Shown here: in pieces, positions 8,989 through 18,679 of the stretch
How the letters are laid out: each line of letters opens with the position of its first letter
How positions within the stretch are numbered: the stretch's first letter is position 1
Assembly: GCA_021779935.1 (NCBI GenBank)
Contig: JAJXZT010000064.1
Span: forward strand, 62,461-126,460
Length of the DNA stretch: 64,000 nucleotides
Direction: 5' to 3'
DNA from: Acidobacteriota bacterium
GTDB taxonomy: Bacteria; Acidobacteriota; Terriglobia; Terriglobales; Acidobacteriaceae
The notes under the pieces: model-generated
The model's database searches: none
Told to the model about the DNA's origin: nothing
Seen by the model: only the letters and a program-made list of their open reading frames with translations
Program-made: the position numbers and the translations under genes

Positions 8989-9582
8989 CTATTCCACTTG
9001 TTTCTTGTATGACAAGAGTGCCTGAAAATATTCGTAACGAGCCATTAAGTCATCGTTCTCAGCTTTAAGAGGCAGGGTGTCCATCCCACGCTCGGCTGGA
9101 CCCAGTTGGAGAGAACCGTCAGGGGCAAATACGCTGCCATGACAAGGGCAAATGAATTTTCCCTCGGCTTCATTCCAGGGGACCTCGCAGCCAAGGTGTG
9201 GACAGACCGCAGACAGCACCTGGACACCGTCAAGGGATTCTTTGCTGTTGCCCTTGGTGATGTACACAGGCTTCCTGGAAATTTCCTCGCGCCATCCGTC
9301 GATTTGCTTAATCTCCACAACCTGCTTAACGGGGGTTGTAATAGAGAGGAATTTGCTTTTCTTCCCGAGGTTCGACCACGAAACCGAAGTTGTTTTGGCA
9401 AACACCGGGTAAAACACATAGCGCACCAGCGGAGCGGAGAGCAATGTGGTCATTGCGGCCGCGCCTACAGCAATGAGCCAAAGAAAGAAAGACCGCCGCC
9501 CCTCCAGGACTCGTTTATCGTCGAACGCGTCAGAATCGTGCTGAAGCGGTTCGAGGTTTGCTTGCTTTGAGTTATCTTCCAT
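8989..9582 (-). CDS. Rieske [2Fe-2S] subunit of the cytochrome bc-type complex
   Basis: 197 aa. Twin-arginine-like [16 protein letters not shown] anchor. Rieske boxes CPHLGC and CPCHGS. Confidence 0.85.
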   Translation of the reverse strand: MEDNSKQANLEPLQHDSDAFDDKRVLEGRRSFFLWLIAVGAAAMTTLLSAPLVRYVFYPVFAKTTSVSWSNLGKKSKFLSITTPVKQVVEIKQIDGWREEISRKPVYITKGNSKESLDGVQVLSAVCPHLGCEVPWNEAEGKFICPCHGSVFAPDGSLQLGPAERGMDTLPLKAENDDLMARYEYFQALLSYKKQVE

Positions 9583-9886
9583 CCAACGACTCCCGAACTG
9601 TCATCTTTGACTAATTTCCTCTTGGGTTCGTGCATTCGTGCAAATGAAACCACCACTGCATCGGTGGCGCCAAGACATGAAAAGCCTTGCTTCCCGCCGC
9701 TATCTGCCTCCAATAGCCGGGCAGAACGGTGGCGCAGTCTTCCCCGAACGCCGTCTGCTTCTAGGGAGTGCCTCGAAACTTTTCAACCAGCCATGCAACC
9801 CTTTCTGGCCGTGAAACGCATTGGGCGGCACGGCTCCGTCCTGCTTCCAGTCGAACAGGTGAAAGCAGTTCTGACCGATCAGCACA

Positions 9887-10264
9887 TTACAGCGTTTTGA
9901 GATATTCGATCAGGTCGTTCATCTGTGCCTTTGAAAGCTTGCTTGCAAACGGCGGCATCGGCAGGGGCTTGCCCGCGGCATTGCCCTTTTCGATCTGATC
10001 ACGGACGTTGTCGACGGTGACCGGCTTGTGAGAGGTGGGAAGTTCCTTGGCCTTGAAGAGACCTTTCATGCCCGGTCCCACCTTGGCACTCGTCGAGGTA
10101 GCGTTATGACATAGCGCACAGTTTTGCTGGAATACCTTTTCGCCCGCCTTGGCTGCGGGAGTAAGCACTGTTTTGTCTTTGGCCCAACTGGTGACCGCCG
10201 ACAAAGTCAGCACGAACACCAGAACAAACATCCACTTTGTACTTTTCAACGAACGTCCTTGCAT
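9887..10264 (-). CDS. class I c-type cytochrome (secreted)
   Basis: 125 aa. Signal peptide WMFVLVFVLTLSAVTSWA. Haem motif CALCHN with a downstream Met (PLPMPPF). Confidence 0.8.
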   Translation of the reverse strand: MQGRSLKSTKWMFVLVFVLTLSAVTSWAKDKTVLTPAAKAGEKVFQQNCALCHNATSTSAKVGPGMKGLFKAKELPTSHKPVTVDNVRDQIEKGNAAGKPLPMPPFASKLSKAQMNDLIEYLKTL

Positions 10265-10439
10265 CGTATCTCCTTACCGTTAGTTCAATTTGTTTGCTAC
10301 TTTCGCGGCCGGGCCGTGCATATCTTCACCAGTATGCTGTTGGATTCATGGAAGCAACTGCGAGGATGCTTCATGCGGACCCGATGTTCCACTGTTTGCC
10401 GCCAATGCCCGAATCGACACCAACGTATCCGAAAAAATC

Positions 10440-10512
10440 GCAGGGAGGACTAACTCCGCACTTTCGCTTGAGCCTGCAACAGATTCTCAAAACTCAATGC
10501 CTGCCTCCCTGC
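10440..10512 (-). terminator. long-range inverted repeat followed by T6 on the minus strand, downstream of the OM barrel gene
   Basis: GCAGGGAGG (10440-10448) pairs with CCTCCCTGC (10504-10512). On the minus strand the 3' arm is followed by GATTTTTT (complement of 10432-10439). The loop is unusually long (about 55 nt). Confidence 0.3.
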
Positions 10513-10528
10513 CTTTTCGCGACACGGC

Positions 10529-11914
10529 CTAGAAAATGAACCAGGCAGTCAGATACGTTGCGTTGTTATCGGAGGCGTTCCGGCCGGCGCCATCGTAGTT
10601 GGTGCTTGCGCCATTAAACTTCAAGTAGCCGGTATACTGCGCGGTGAAGTCGACGTTCTGCCACGGCCAGTATGCGAACTGGAGGGTATAACCGTCACTT
10701 CCTGGGTTTCCATTGGCGCTGCCGTTTATAGGGTTCTGAGCATATAGTACCGGGTCTGCTGTCCCCCAGGTGTTGAAATATCCGGCGGTGGCGCCATATT
10801 TGTTTCCAAAGTGATACGTGCCATCCAACTTGAACGTGCTCAGGTCATGATGTGGAAAAGCCGTGCCACCCTGGCCAAATGTGGCGACCAAGTCAGAACT
10901 TTCATGGATGTAGTTAGTATGGACGGAAATTGAGTCGTTGCCTAACGACGGCAGGGTGCGTTCATACTGGGCATCCGCGGCCAGGTCAGTAAACGAATCT
11001 TCCGGTCCGGTAATGGCTCCGGGCGATGACACTACGTGCATGCCAAAGGTTCCGACTTCGAGATAGTTGTTTCCCATGGTTTGCTGCCAGGCAACTCGCC
11101 AGTAGGGGGCAGCGCCGCGAATATTGATGCCATATCCCGTCCCGGCGTTAGGCTGCGCGTTGCCGATATGCTCGGAGCGGTAGATGGTGGCAGCACCGTA
11201 AAGGTGGTCATTCCACATGGCATAACCGCCAACTCCAGCCACATCCTGTGCGAGGCCGCCGTCAATGAGAGTACCCGCCATTGGAGTGGGAGTCTGGTCC
11301 GGACTTACCCAAGGGAATCCCCAGGCCGGGGTGTCGTTCCAAGGATCCTCCACCGTGGGATTGTTGTTGAACGTGGCACCATAGACGAGATCCTTGCCGG
11401 CGAAGGTTCTCCGGTTTGCATACCGAACGTCGGTGTTGTCCCAGCTAAAGTGATCGGCCTGCCCGTTGTAGGTGACCTGAATGAAGCTCCCAACGTGAGG
11501 GGAGATGGACCCAGCCAGGAAGAGGCTCGCTGACTGCGGAAATTCGAAATTCCAATTTTCCGTACCCGGTTGCGGTTTATTGCTGCCAGCATAGGAGAAT
11601 TGAATGAAAGCAGCAATCGGCATATAGCGGTTGATGTCGAGCCCCGCTTTCTTCTTTCCAGGCTTCTCCTTAATCTGTTCCATGCCCGTCAACGTATACC
11701 CATTGAGTTTGAATTCTCTTCCGAACGGAGTAAGCTCCGGCGGAGTAGTGTGGCAGGAACTGCAAGGCAGACCGGTCTGCCTTGCGAAACTAGTGATGGC
11801 GTAAGCCCTCGGGCTGGGCATCAAGAGGATAAAAACTGGAATTGACAGTACGACGAAAGCAATCGTTTTAACGATGGGATTGAATCGTCCGAAAAAGCGT
11901 TCGAAATAATTCAT
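10529..11914 (-). CDS. outer-membrane beta-barrel protein with an N-terminal CXXCH haem-binding motif
   Basis: 461 aa. Hydrophobic leader ending AYA, then SFARQTGLPCSSCHTTPPELTPFGREFKLNGY. The remainder is Gly/Tyr/Asn/Trp-rich beta-strand sequence ending in the OMP-type terminus YLTAWFIF. Confidence 0.6.
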   Translation of the reverse strand: MNYFERFFGRFNPIVKTIAFVVLSIPVFILLMPSPRAYAITSFARQTGLPCSSCHTTPPELTPFGREFKLNGYTLTGMEQIKEKPGKKKAGLDINRYMPIAAFIQFSYAGSNKPQPGTENWNFEFPQSASLFLAGSISPHVGSFIQVTYNGQADHFSWDNTDVRYANRRTFAGKDLVYGATFNNNPTVEDPWNDTPAWGFPWVSPDQTPTPMAGTLIDGGLAQDVAGVGGYAMWNDHLYGAATIYRSEHIGNAQPNAGTGYGINIRGAAPYWRVAWQQTMGNNYLEVGTFGMHVVSSPGAITGPEDSFTDLAADAQYERTLPSLGNDSISVHTNYIHESSDLVATFGQGGTAFPHHDLSTFKLDGTYHFGNKYGATAGYFNTWGTADPVLYAQNPINGSANGNPGSDGYTLQFAYWPWQNVDFTAQYTGYLKFNGASTNYDGAGRNASDNNATYLTAWFIF

Positions 11915-12381
11915 TTCGTCTCACCCCTCTACTTAACTTATGGAGAAATTCGCTGTGTGAGTTGCACTCGCATACGACGCTCGCAGCTGTCGCGATTCGC
12001 TGGTGCGGCTGGAGTTATCTGCGCATATTGCCGATCCCCATACGCCTGTACCGAAGGAATCCGTGCGGTCTAATCCGGCTGGATATTCGGGAGAATCGCG
12101 CCGCGCGCGTTTTCTAGAGTACACCCACATAGATATTCCATACCTCATTGTGACCAGTGAATCCATACAAATAAAGGGGTATAAGCGAATACTTTGTCTG
12201 ATCTAAAACAGCGAATCGAGAATAGTTGTGAGATGAGGGAATATCCGGCGGTTTTGCACCACCAACGTGTGATTACGTATCCGGCGGTCAGGTCAAGAAA
12301 GAATAGCGCAGGACTTTAGCTGGATGAAAACTGATGAAGGAAATGGGGGTCGCGCTGCTGTGAGTTTGCCGGCGAATGTAA

Positions 12382-12669
12382 TCAGAACCTGAAGACGATT
12401 CCCGCGCCGATCCGAAGGTTGTTCTGTACATTGGTGGTCGCGTTGGGCAGTTGCGTGCGCAACCATGAGGCCTCGAAGGCACGCACCGCAAACCGGCGAG
12501 ACAACGTCAGGTCCACTCCTCCGCCTACCTGTACAGCGAAGGGACTTGCAGTGCTGCGCGTTCCGTTAACGCCAGGGAAGATACCATGGAAGCCGGAAGC
12601 TACTCCAGACAGGCTTTGGCCGAAGAGCGACACCGAGCTATGTGCGGGCGACCAGGTGTAATGTGGCAA
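12382..12669 (-). pseudogene. C-terminal remnant of an OMP_b-brl-type outer-membrane protein
   Basis: The 95-aa frame ends in the classic terminus NNLRIGAGIVFRF. It has no signal peptide and only a TTG at the frame opening, immediately after an in-frame TGA. I could not find an N-terminal half upstream in any frame. Confidence 0.35.
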
Positions 12670-12970
12670 TCATATTCGAACCCCGTGGCGCTTCAAGCGG
12701 CTATCACTTGCCGAAGTACACTACACTTGAGGCCACGGCTGTTCGTCCAGTGAGCCTAAAGCAGGGGCCGTGATTTGCATCGGCGATGTAGATGGTCCGG
12801 ATTTATGGCATGGCGCTGGCCCGGTAACTTCGTTTATTGCCTAAAACTGCATTGCGCATTCTTCGGGTCACCGAGGAGTGTGCGTGTTGTCACCGTTGGT
12901 TTGCAGAGTTGTAGCTAACACTGTTCTCGCGGATATTGAGCATCGCAACTCCTGATGTGCCAGAGGACTT

Positions 12971-14197
12971 ATGGATACAAAACACCTTGGAATCAACAGC
13001 AAGCTGATCCACGCGGGATATAAGCCCGACGCTACGGGCTCGGTCAGTGTTCCCATTTACCAGACGTCGACGTTTGCCTTCAAAAATGCCGCGCATGGCG
13101 CCGCGCTGTTTGCGGGCGAAGAAGACGGGTACATCTACACCCGGATCGGCAATCCAACGATTAAGGCACTGGAAGAGAATGTGGCATCACTGGAGAACGG
13201 TTGCGGGGGAATCGCGACCAGTTCGGGGATGTCGGCAGTGTGCACGGTGTACCTTGCCTTTCTGGAATCAGGCGCTCACGTTGTCAGTACAGCATCGGTG
13301 TATGGCCCCACGCGTGGATTGATGGAAAAGGAATTCGCCAGATTCGGCGTTCAGTCCACATATGTAGACACTTCCGATGCGGAGAATGTTCGTCATGCGA
13401 TGAAGCCCAATACGCGATTGGTCTACATTGAGTCGCCGGCAAATCCTTCGATGCAGGTCAGCGACATTGCCGCCATTGCGACCATTGCCCACGCGCAGGG
13501 CGCGCTCGTCGTGGTTGACAATACTTTTGCCAGTCCATACCTGCAACGCCCGCTTGATCTGGGCGCCGATGTGGTGCTGCATTCCGTGACCAAGTTCATC
13601 AACGGCCACGCCGATGTGGTGGGTGGAATTCTGGTTGCGAAAGACCCCGCACTCTACAAACGCCTTCGCAGCGTGATGATCAGTTCCGGTTGCAACATGG
13701 ATCCGCACCAGGCGTTCCTGGTCGTACGCGGATTGAAGACGCTTGGGATTCGAGTGGAGCGTGCACAGCAGAACGCGATGGAAATCGCACGCTGGCTGGA
13801 AGAGCAGCCGGAGGTCGCGATGGTTCGTTACATCGGCCTGGAATCGCATCCGCAACACGAACTCGCAAAGCGACAAATGAACGGATACGGATCGATGATC
13901 AGCTTCGAGTTAAAAGGCGGATTCGAAGCGGGACGAACATTGATGGATAACGTTCGCGTCGCAACACTGGCAGTGTCACTCGGAGGTGTGGAAACACTGA
14001 TTGAACATCCGGCTTCGATGACCCATGCCAGCATGTCACCCGAGGCGCGGCGCGCGGCGGGATTCACCGATGGGCTTGTGCGCTATGCGGTCGGGATTGA
14101 AGACGTGGAAGACCTGATTGCTGACCTCAGGCAAGCTCTCGATTTCGTGAGTGCGAAATCGAACAAACCCAAACACGAACCAGTTGGCACACTCTAG
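12971..14197 (+). CDS. PLP-dependent Cys/Met-metabolism enzyme, most like methionine gamma-lyase
   Basis: 408 aa. [16 protein letters not shown], and the Schiff-base lysine context [16 protein letters not shown]. Also [19 protein letters not shown]. Confidence 0.8.
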   Translation: MDTKHLGINSKLIHAGYKPDATGSVSVPIYQTSTFAFKNAAHGAALFAGEEDGYIYTRIGNPTIKALEENVASLENGCGGIATSSGMSAVCTVYLAFLESGAHVVSTASVYGPTRGLMEKEFARFGVQSTYVDTSDAENVRHAMKPNTRLVYIESPANPSMQVSDIAAIATIAHAQGALVVVDNTFASPYLQRPLDLGADVVLHSVTKFINGHADVVGGILVAKDPALYKRLRSVMISSGCNMDPHQAFLVVRGLKTLGIRVERAQQNAMEIARWLEEQPEVAMVRYIGLESHPQHELAKRQMNGYGSMISFELKGGFEAGRTLMDNVRVATLAVSLGGVETLIEHPASMTHASMSPEARRAAGFTDGLVRYAVGIEDVEDLIADLRQALDFVSAKSNKPKHEPVGTL

Positions 14198-14408
14198 AGG
14201 GGCCTGGTCGCGCGCGTTCCGCTTCAGTGGAAGCGAGGCTGCTAAGACTGGGTAGTTGAGCTAAAGTCTGGAGTTTAAGTCACCCGGCAACTGGGGTTAG
14301 ATTGCGGCGACAAACGGAGCGAACGCAAGCGGTCTAACCTCGGCGGCCGGAGAGGGTGACAAAATAAACGCCCAGAAAAGTCCGCAAACCCGTCCGCGAT
14401 GCTGGGAA

Positions 14409-14816
14409 TCACGCAGAGGGGGTACTCGCCTTTTCATCATCCTCACCGGCATCCGCCGCCGCAGATTTCCGCCGACGCATTTCGTCCTTCCACTCACTCA
14501 GTGCCGGACCCGCTATGGCTCCCATAAGGACCAAACCAAGCGCAACATCAAAAACGGGGAACGAGAAGACCAGCAATCCGGCGAGAAGAAGAGGAATTAC
14601 CAACACCAGCCTTGCATGATGAAAGACGTATGTCAGCACCAGAAGCAACAGTCCCGCCGGGATCAAAGCGAGACAACAATAGAACGCGTCGATCAGGCCA
14701 AAGTGATTCCTCAGCACGAAGCGCACGGCGCCAAGCAGAAACAGTAGAGCCCCGACTGTAACCACAATCAAAGCCCCCCATTCGATTTTTCGGACCGTGA
14801 ATTTGTCTGAGGTCAC
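14409..14816 (-). CDS. small membrane protein (about 4 TM helices), function unknown
   Basis: 135 aa. Four hydrophobic helices and a charged tail (KDEMRRRKSAAADAGEDDEK). Confidence 0.45.
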   Translation of the reverse strand: MTSDKFTVRKIEWGALIVVTVGALLFLLGAVRFVLRNHFGLIDAFYCCLALIPAGLLLLVLTYVFHHARLVLVIPLLLAGLLVFSFPVFDVALGLVLMGAIAGPALSEWKDEMRRRKSAAADAGEDDEKASTPSA

Positions 14817-14881
14817 TGCTCATTTCTCCGCGAGATGTGTCGCATCCGGGCAAAAGGTTCGAAGACCTATGGCCTGAGAAT

Positions 14882-15550
14882 TCAATGGCAAGGCCAGAGA
14901 TGGTCGATCGCGGCAGCGTTTCCGTCCTCGGTAGCCAGACCGTAAACCTCTTTGTGTCCGTTCAACCAAGCCAGGACCTTTGCCGTGAGCTCCTTGGTTC
15001 CAACGTTATCCGGGGAGGTGCAATGCAAACTCTTGCCGTTGAGCGTCTGCGCGGCGTAGGCATTGACGCTGGCCTGCACTATCTCACTCGCGCACTTCGT
15101 GTAGTGTTTGGCGTCCGCGCAAAACGCTACGAACGGGCCGGTCTTGTCCGGTACGCCCCAGGAGGTGACGCCGGTGGCAACGGATTTCTGGCAATTCCAC
15201 AGCGCCTTGATAGCAGCGTTTATGCCGTCAGCCGTGCTCATGTCGGCCGCGGATGGGTGTGCCGAAAGCCAGGCAACGATGGCTCGGTCACCTGCCGCGA
15301 ATTCAATCCCCTTGGGCACCGTACAGGCATCAATGGGGGGCGAACTGGTCATCGCTTTGACTTCGGCGTCAGTCTCCACTTCTTGAATCTTGCCATCGCA
15401 ACCCTTCTTAAGCGGGGTGCAGTAGGTGGCGAAAGCTCCGGCGGTCGCGGGTATGGCTTGCGCCCAGATCGTATTCGGAGCGAGCACCCAAGCGGCGACG
15501 AAAAGTACTACCGTCTTGCATGGAATTCGTTTCCAGTTTGCAATGGTCAT
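14882..15550 (-). CDS. secreted Cys-rich protein with two tandem Rap1a/Tai4-like repeats
   Basis: 222 aa. Signal peptide ending AQA, with GGGAG 7 nt upstream of the ATG. Two internal repeats fit the pattern F-x2-[FY]-C...C...C-x-[PS]...V-x-x-WL-x-x-H...A-x-I...LW-x-C. Confidence 0.55.
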   Translation of the reverse strand: MTIANWKRIPCKTVVLFVAAWVLAPNTIWAQAIPATAGAFATYCTPLKKGCDGKIQEVETDAEVKAMTSSPPIDACTVPKGIEFAAGDRAIVAWLSAHPSAADMSTADGINAAIKALWNCQKSVATGVTSWGVPDKTGPFVAFCADAKHYTKCASEIVQASVNAYAAQTLNGKSLHCTSPDNVGTKELTAKVLAWLNGHKEVYGLATEDGNAAAIDHLWPCH

Positions 15551-15575
15551 TTATTGGCTCCCAACCAAACGCGTT

Positions 15576-16241
15576 CTATGGTTTCTGGCAGGAATAGAGT
15601 GCTCGATACGCGGCTAGAATGCTCTGATTGCGTGGCTGTGCCGCCAATTCCCTGTGATCTTTCATCCATTTGTTCACGGTGCTGATATAGCTGTAAAAGG
15701 TTGCGTCGGTGGCGTACACGGAATCGGGCACGCAAATGGCGCCCGGTGTCTTGATAAGCGATGCCAATTGCACGTTTGTAATAACGTCCGCACATGCGTC
15801 CTTGTGCAATTGATCATCGTGCTCGCAATAGTCCACAAATTGGCCAGTTATCTTCGGCAGGTGGTCCGTATATTCCGCGGCACAGGCTTGAGTCATCGGC
15901 CACACTTCTTTGATGGCCGCCCGAAGAGTTTTCTGTGTTGGGTCGTCGGCCAAGGCGGGATGAGCGCTGATCCATGCTTTGACTTTGTTTACACTCTCCG
16001 GCGTTAGCGTACCGTTGTTGTATGCGGACTCTGGAACGCAGAAGTCATTTCCTCCTGCATTCACCAACATGGCGACCTCGGTGATGGATATTGCGTTCGC
16101 ACAATCAGCCGCGTTCGCATCGCAAAACTTCACGAAATCCCTGGTCACCGGCGGCGTCTTGGAGGCGGCATCCACATGTACCCAGGCAGTGAGAAGCAGC
16201 ATCGCCAACAGTGTGAAAGAAAGTCGCTTTCCGTTCATCAT
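15576..16241 (-). CDS. secreted Cys-rich protein, paralogue of 14882..15550 (two Rap1a/Tai4-like repeats)
   Basis: The track ORF extends to 16298. I prefer the ATG at 16241 (MMNGKRLSFTLLAMLLLTAWVHVDA signal peptide, GGAG upstream). It shows the same duplicated Cys/Trp/His pattern (FVKFC...C...FCVP...KAWISAHP...VWP; FVDYC...C...ICVP...KWMKDH...LYSC). Confidence 0.55.
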   Translation of the reverse strand: MMNGKRLSFTLLAMLLLTAWVHVDAASKTPPVTRDFVKFCDANAADCANAISITEVAMLVNAGGNDFCVPESAYNNGTLTPESVNKVKAWISAHPALADDPTQKTLRAAIKEVWPMTQACAAEYTDHLPKITGQFVDYCEHDDQLHKDACADVITNVQLASLIKTPGAICVPDSVYATDATFYSYISTVNKWMKDHRELAAQPRNQSILAAYRALYSCQKP

Positions 16242-16378
16242 CGTACTTACTCCGTTCTTGATGCATGGCCAGGGATGTTCCGTTAAGCACTCGAACAACA
16301 GATAGGGGAGATCCCAAGGATCGTAGCGGCGCCATATCCGGTACGTGAGTTGCGCGACAGTATCATGAGCTATTGGGA

Positions 16379-16618
16379 ATGTACAAAGAATGTTGGGTGA
16401 ACAGTTTTTTTGCGGCGCCTATCGGTTGTCGAATCTGGAGAGTTGCAGTCGAAGACAGAGATACCGAATTAGTCAGTCAGCTTCTTGAGCTTGCAGCAAC
16501 TTTCCGGATCACTGCCGTTGTAACGCCGTATGGAAATGCGGTGATGGAATCGAAGCGGGATGCGAACAGCAAGGTCGTTCGCATGGCACGTCCGCTCCTG
16601 CAACAAGCACGCGCATAG
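16379..16618 (+). CDS. small hypothetical protein
   Basis: 79 aa from the ATG (the track starts at a TTG at 16373). No recognisable motif. A strong terminator follows 30 nt downstream. Confidence 0.3.
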   Translation: MYKECWVNSFFAAPIGCRIWRVAVEDRDTELVSQLLELAATFRITAVVTPYGNAVMESKRDANSKVVRMARPLLQQARA

Positions 16619-16647
16619 TTATGAAAGCAGTTCGAGGAATTGAAAAA

Positions 16648-16672
16648 GGGCTGCTCGCAGCAGCCCTTTTCA
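16648..16672. terminator. bidirectional rho-independent terminator
   Basis: AAAAA-GGGCTGCT-CGC-AGCAGCCC-TTTT. It serves the plus-strand small ORF and the minus-strand tRNA. Confidence 0.7.
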
Positions 16673-16756
16673 GTTGAACTTACGAGTGCAATTTCTTATT
16701 GGACCTTTTTGGACCTGCGCTCGGAGCGCTTAAAGCTCGCAACTTATTGATTCTTT

Positions 16757-16833
<77 letters not shown>

Positions 16834-16838
16834 ACATG

Positions 16839-16867
16839 ATAGTAACAACAGGTGTGGTTGCCGTCAA
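16839..16867 (-). promoter_or_regulatory. sigma-70-type promoter for the tRNA
   Basis: The minus strand reads TTGACG - 17 nt - TACTAT, with the -10 element ending 5 nt before tRNA position 1. Confidence 0.5.
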
Positions 16868-16988
16868 ACTTCCGAGCTTGGTTTCTATTCAAGTTTGTCG
16901 ATGTGCTCTGATTTCTTGAGCGAAGGACGCAGAATAGCCGGCGAGGAATTGGAAATCGCTGATCAATGCCCGCCAGTTTGCTGCAAAA

Positions 16989-18497
16989 TCAACTGGACAA
17001 GCGCGCGCTCACTCTCGATTGCGCTGCGGGGAGCTGGACTTCAAATGTTGATCCGGAGTTCAATTTGCTGCTTGCCCAGACGAAGCCCCCACTTTGCTTG
17101 ACGATTCCATAGACGGTGGCCAGCCCCAGGCCGGTACCACGGTCTTCCTTCGTTGTGAAGAAGGGTTCAAAGACGTGAGCCAGTGTGGTCTCATCCATGC
17201 CGGTTCCGGTATCGCGAATGACAATGCGCACGTAATCGCCTGCTTTGACACGACAGCCGTGCTGGTCTTCATCTTCTTCCAACTTGAAATTTTCAGTGCG
17301 GATCTCGAGTTCGCCGCCGTTCGGCATTGCGTCGCGTGCGTTTACCACGAGATTAAGAGCGACTTGCTGCATCTGGACTGGGTCGGCAAAAACGCTGTGC
17401 AGTCCCTTGTCGTAATTGATCGAAAGGCGCACATCTTCGCCAATCAACCGCTTGAGGATTTCCGCGATTTCGGAAATGACGAGGTTGAGATTGATGACTC
17501 TTGGCTGCAAAACCTGCTGACGGCTGAAAGCCAGCAGTTGTCGGGTGAGCAGAGCTGCCCGGTCGGCAGCGACATCGATGGCGCGCAGCTTTTCGCGCAC
17601 AGGCCCGGTTATGTCGTTCCGGCGCATAAGTAATCCTGAATATCCCTTGATGACGGTGAGCAGGTTATTGAAGTCGTGGGAGACACCGCCAGCCAGCCTT
17701 CCGATTGCCTCCATCTTCTGCGACTGCCGGAATCGTTGCTCCAATTGCTTCTGCTCGGTGACGTCCTGAATCATGACTTCGATAGCCCCGGCATCACCGA
17801 GCTGCGGAATCGGTCGCGCCCAGACACGCACCGTGGCATGACTATCGTCGGCACGCAGCCACTCGGCTTCGTAACAGTTGATTTCCGATTCCTGGGCCAG
17901 CGTTCGGAACATGTTGTCAGCCTCGGCGGCGGACGAGAAGAGTCGTTTAAGCGTTGTCTCGGATAGAGCGCTTGGGGAATCGAATCCGAGGATTTTCGCG
18001 AAGGCTGCATTTGATTGAAGAATTGTCGAGTCTCCCGCGACAGAGGAGATGCCGAACGGAGAGTGATCGATCAGCGCCTTTGTTGCCCGATGAGCGTCAA
18101 TGAGTTTCTGTTGTACGCCAAGCGCACGAATGCCAACCTTAATGCGGGCGTGCAATTCATCCTGGTTGAAGGGCTTGGTCAGGTAATCGTCAACGCCGGC
18201 GTCAAGCGCTGCCAGCATCTCGACTTTGTATGTGCGGGCGGTGAGAAGAATAACGTACGTGTAGTTCTCGGACGCTTCGCGGCGAATACGGCGGCAAAGC
18301 TCCACTCCATCTATGCCCGGCATCATCCAGTCGAGCACAAGCAACCGAAGGGCATCTTGTTCTTCATGCAGCTTTTTCCATGCCTCCGTCCCGGAGGCGG
18401 TTTCAATCACCTCGTGGCCCTGTTTGGTTAATCCGCTGGTAATGAGATGGCGGCAAACCGGATCGTCATCTGCGACAAGTATTCGCATTCCTGTCAC
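16989..18497 (-). CDS. response-regulator receiver / PAS / histidine kinase fusion protein
   Basis: 502 aa. N-terminal REC (ILVADDD...LVLDWMMPGIDG...KP), a PAS-like middle region, H-box GGVSHDFNNLLTVI and an HATPase_c domain (NLVVNARDAM, DTGTGMD, GTGLGLA). Confidence 0.85.
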   Translation of the reverse strand: MTGMRILVADDDPVCRHLITSGLTKQGHEVIETASGTEAWKKLHEEQDALRLLVLDWMMPGIDGVELCRRIRREASENYTYVILLTARTYKVEMLAALDAGVDDYLTKPFNQDELHARIKVGIRALGVQQKLIDAHRATKALIDHSPFGISSVAGDSTILQSNAAFAKILGFDSPSALSETTLKRLFSSAAEADNMFRTLAQESEINCYEAEWLRADDSHATVRVWARPIPQLGDAGAIEVMIQDVTEQKQLEQRFRQSQKMEAIGRLAGGVSHDFNNLLTVIKGYSGLLMRRNDITGPVREKLRAIDVAADRAALLTRQLLAFSRQQVLQPRVINLNLVISEIAEILKRLIGEDVRLSINYDKGLHSVFADPVQMQQVALNLVVNARDAMPNGGELEIRTENFKLEEDEDQHGCRVKAGDYVRIVIRDTGTGMDETTLAHVFEPFFTTKEDRGTGLGLATVYGIVKQSGGFVWASSKLNSGSTFEVQLPAAQSRVSARLSS

Positions 18498-18679
18498 GTT
18501 CCGTCATGGGGATCGAAATAGCGGGACCGGACAAACGAGAAGAGTCCCACTTCTTCATCGGCAGACTGCCCTGATGGCTTGACCGGGATTCAACCCGTAC
18601 TCATCAAAATGCCGCATTCTGCCGAATAGAACACTTGAGGCAGTTTGCTCGCCACATTTCCCAGGCAGGATGACGCCGC

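Noticed and set aside
12700-12970. Possible SAM/SAH-type riboswitch upstream of the methionine gamma-lyase-like gene (CCGAGGAG string near 12870)
   Set aside because: Only a short resemblance to the SAH-element 5' end exists. I could not trace the conserved pseudoknot partners. A catabolic lyase is also not a typical target.
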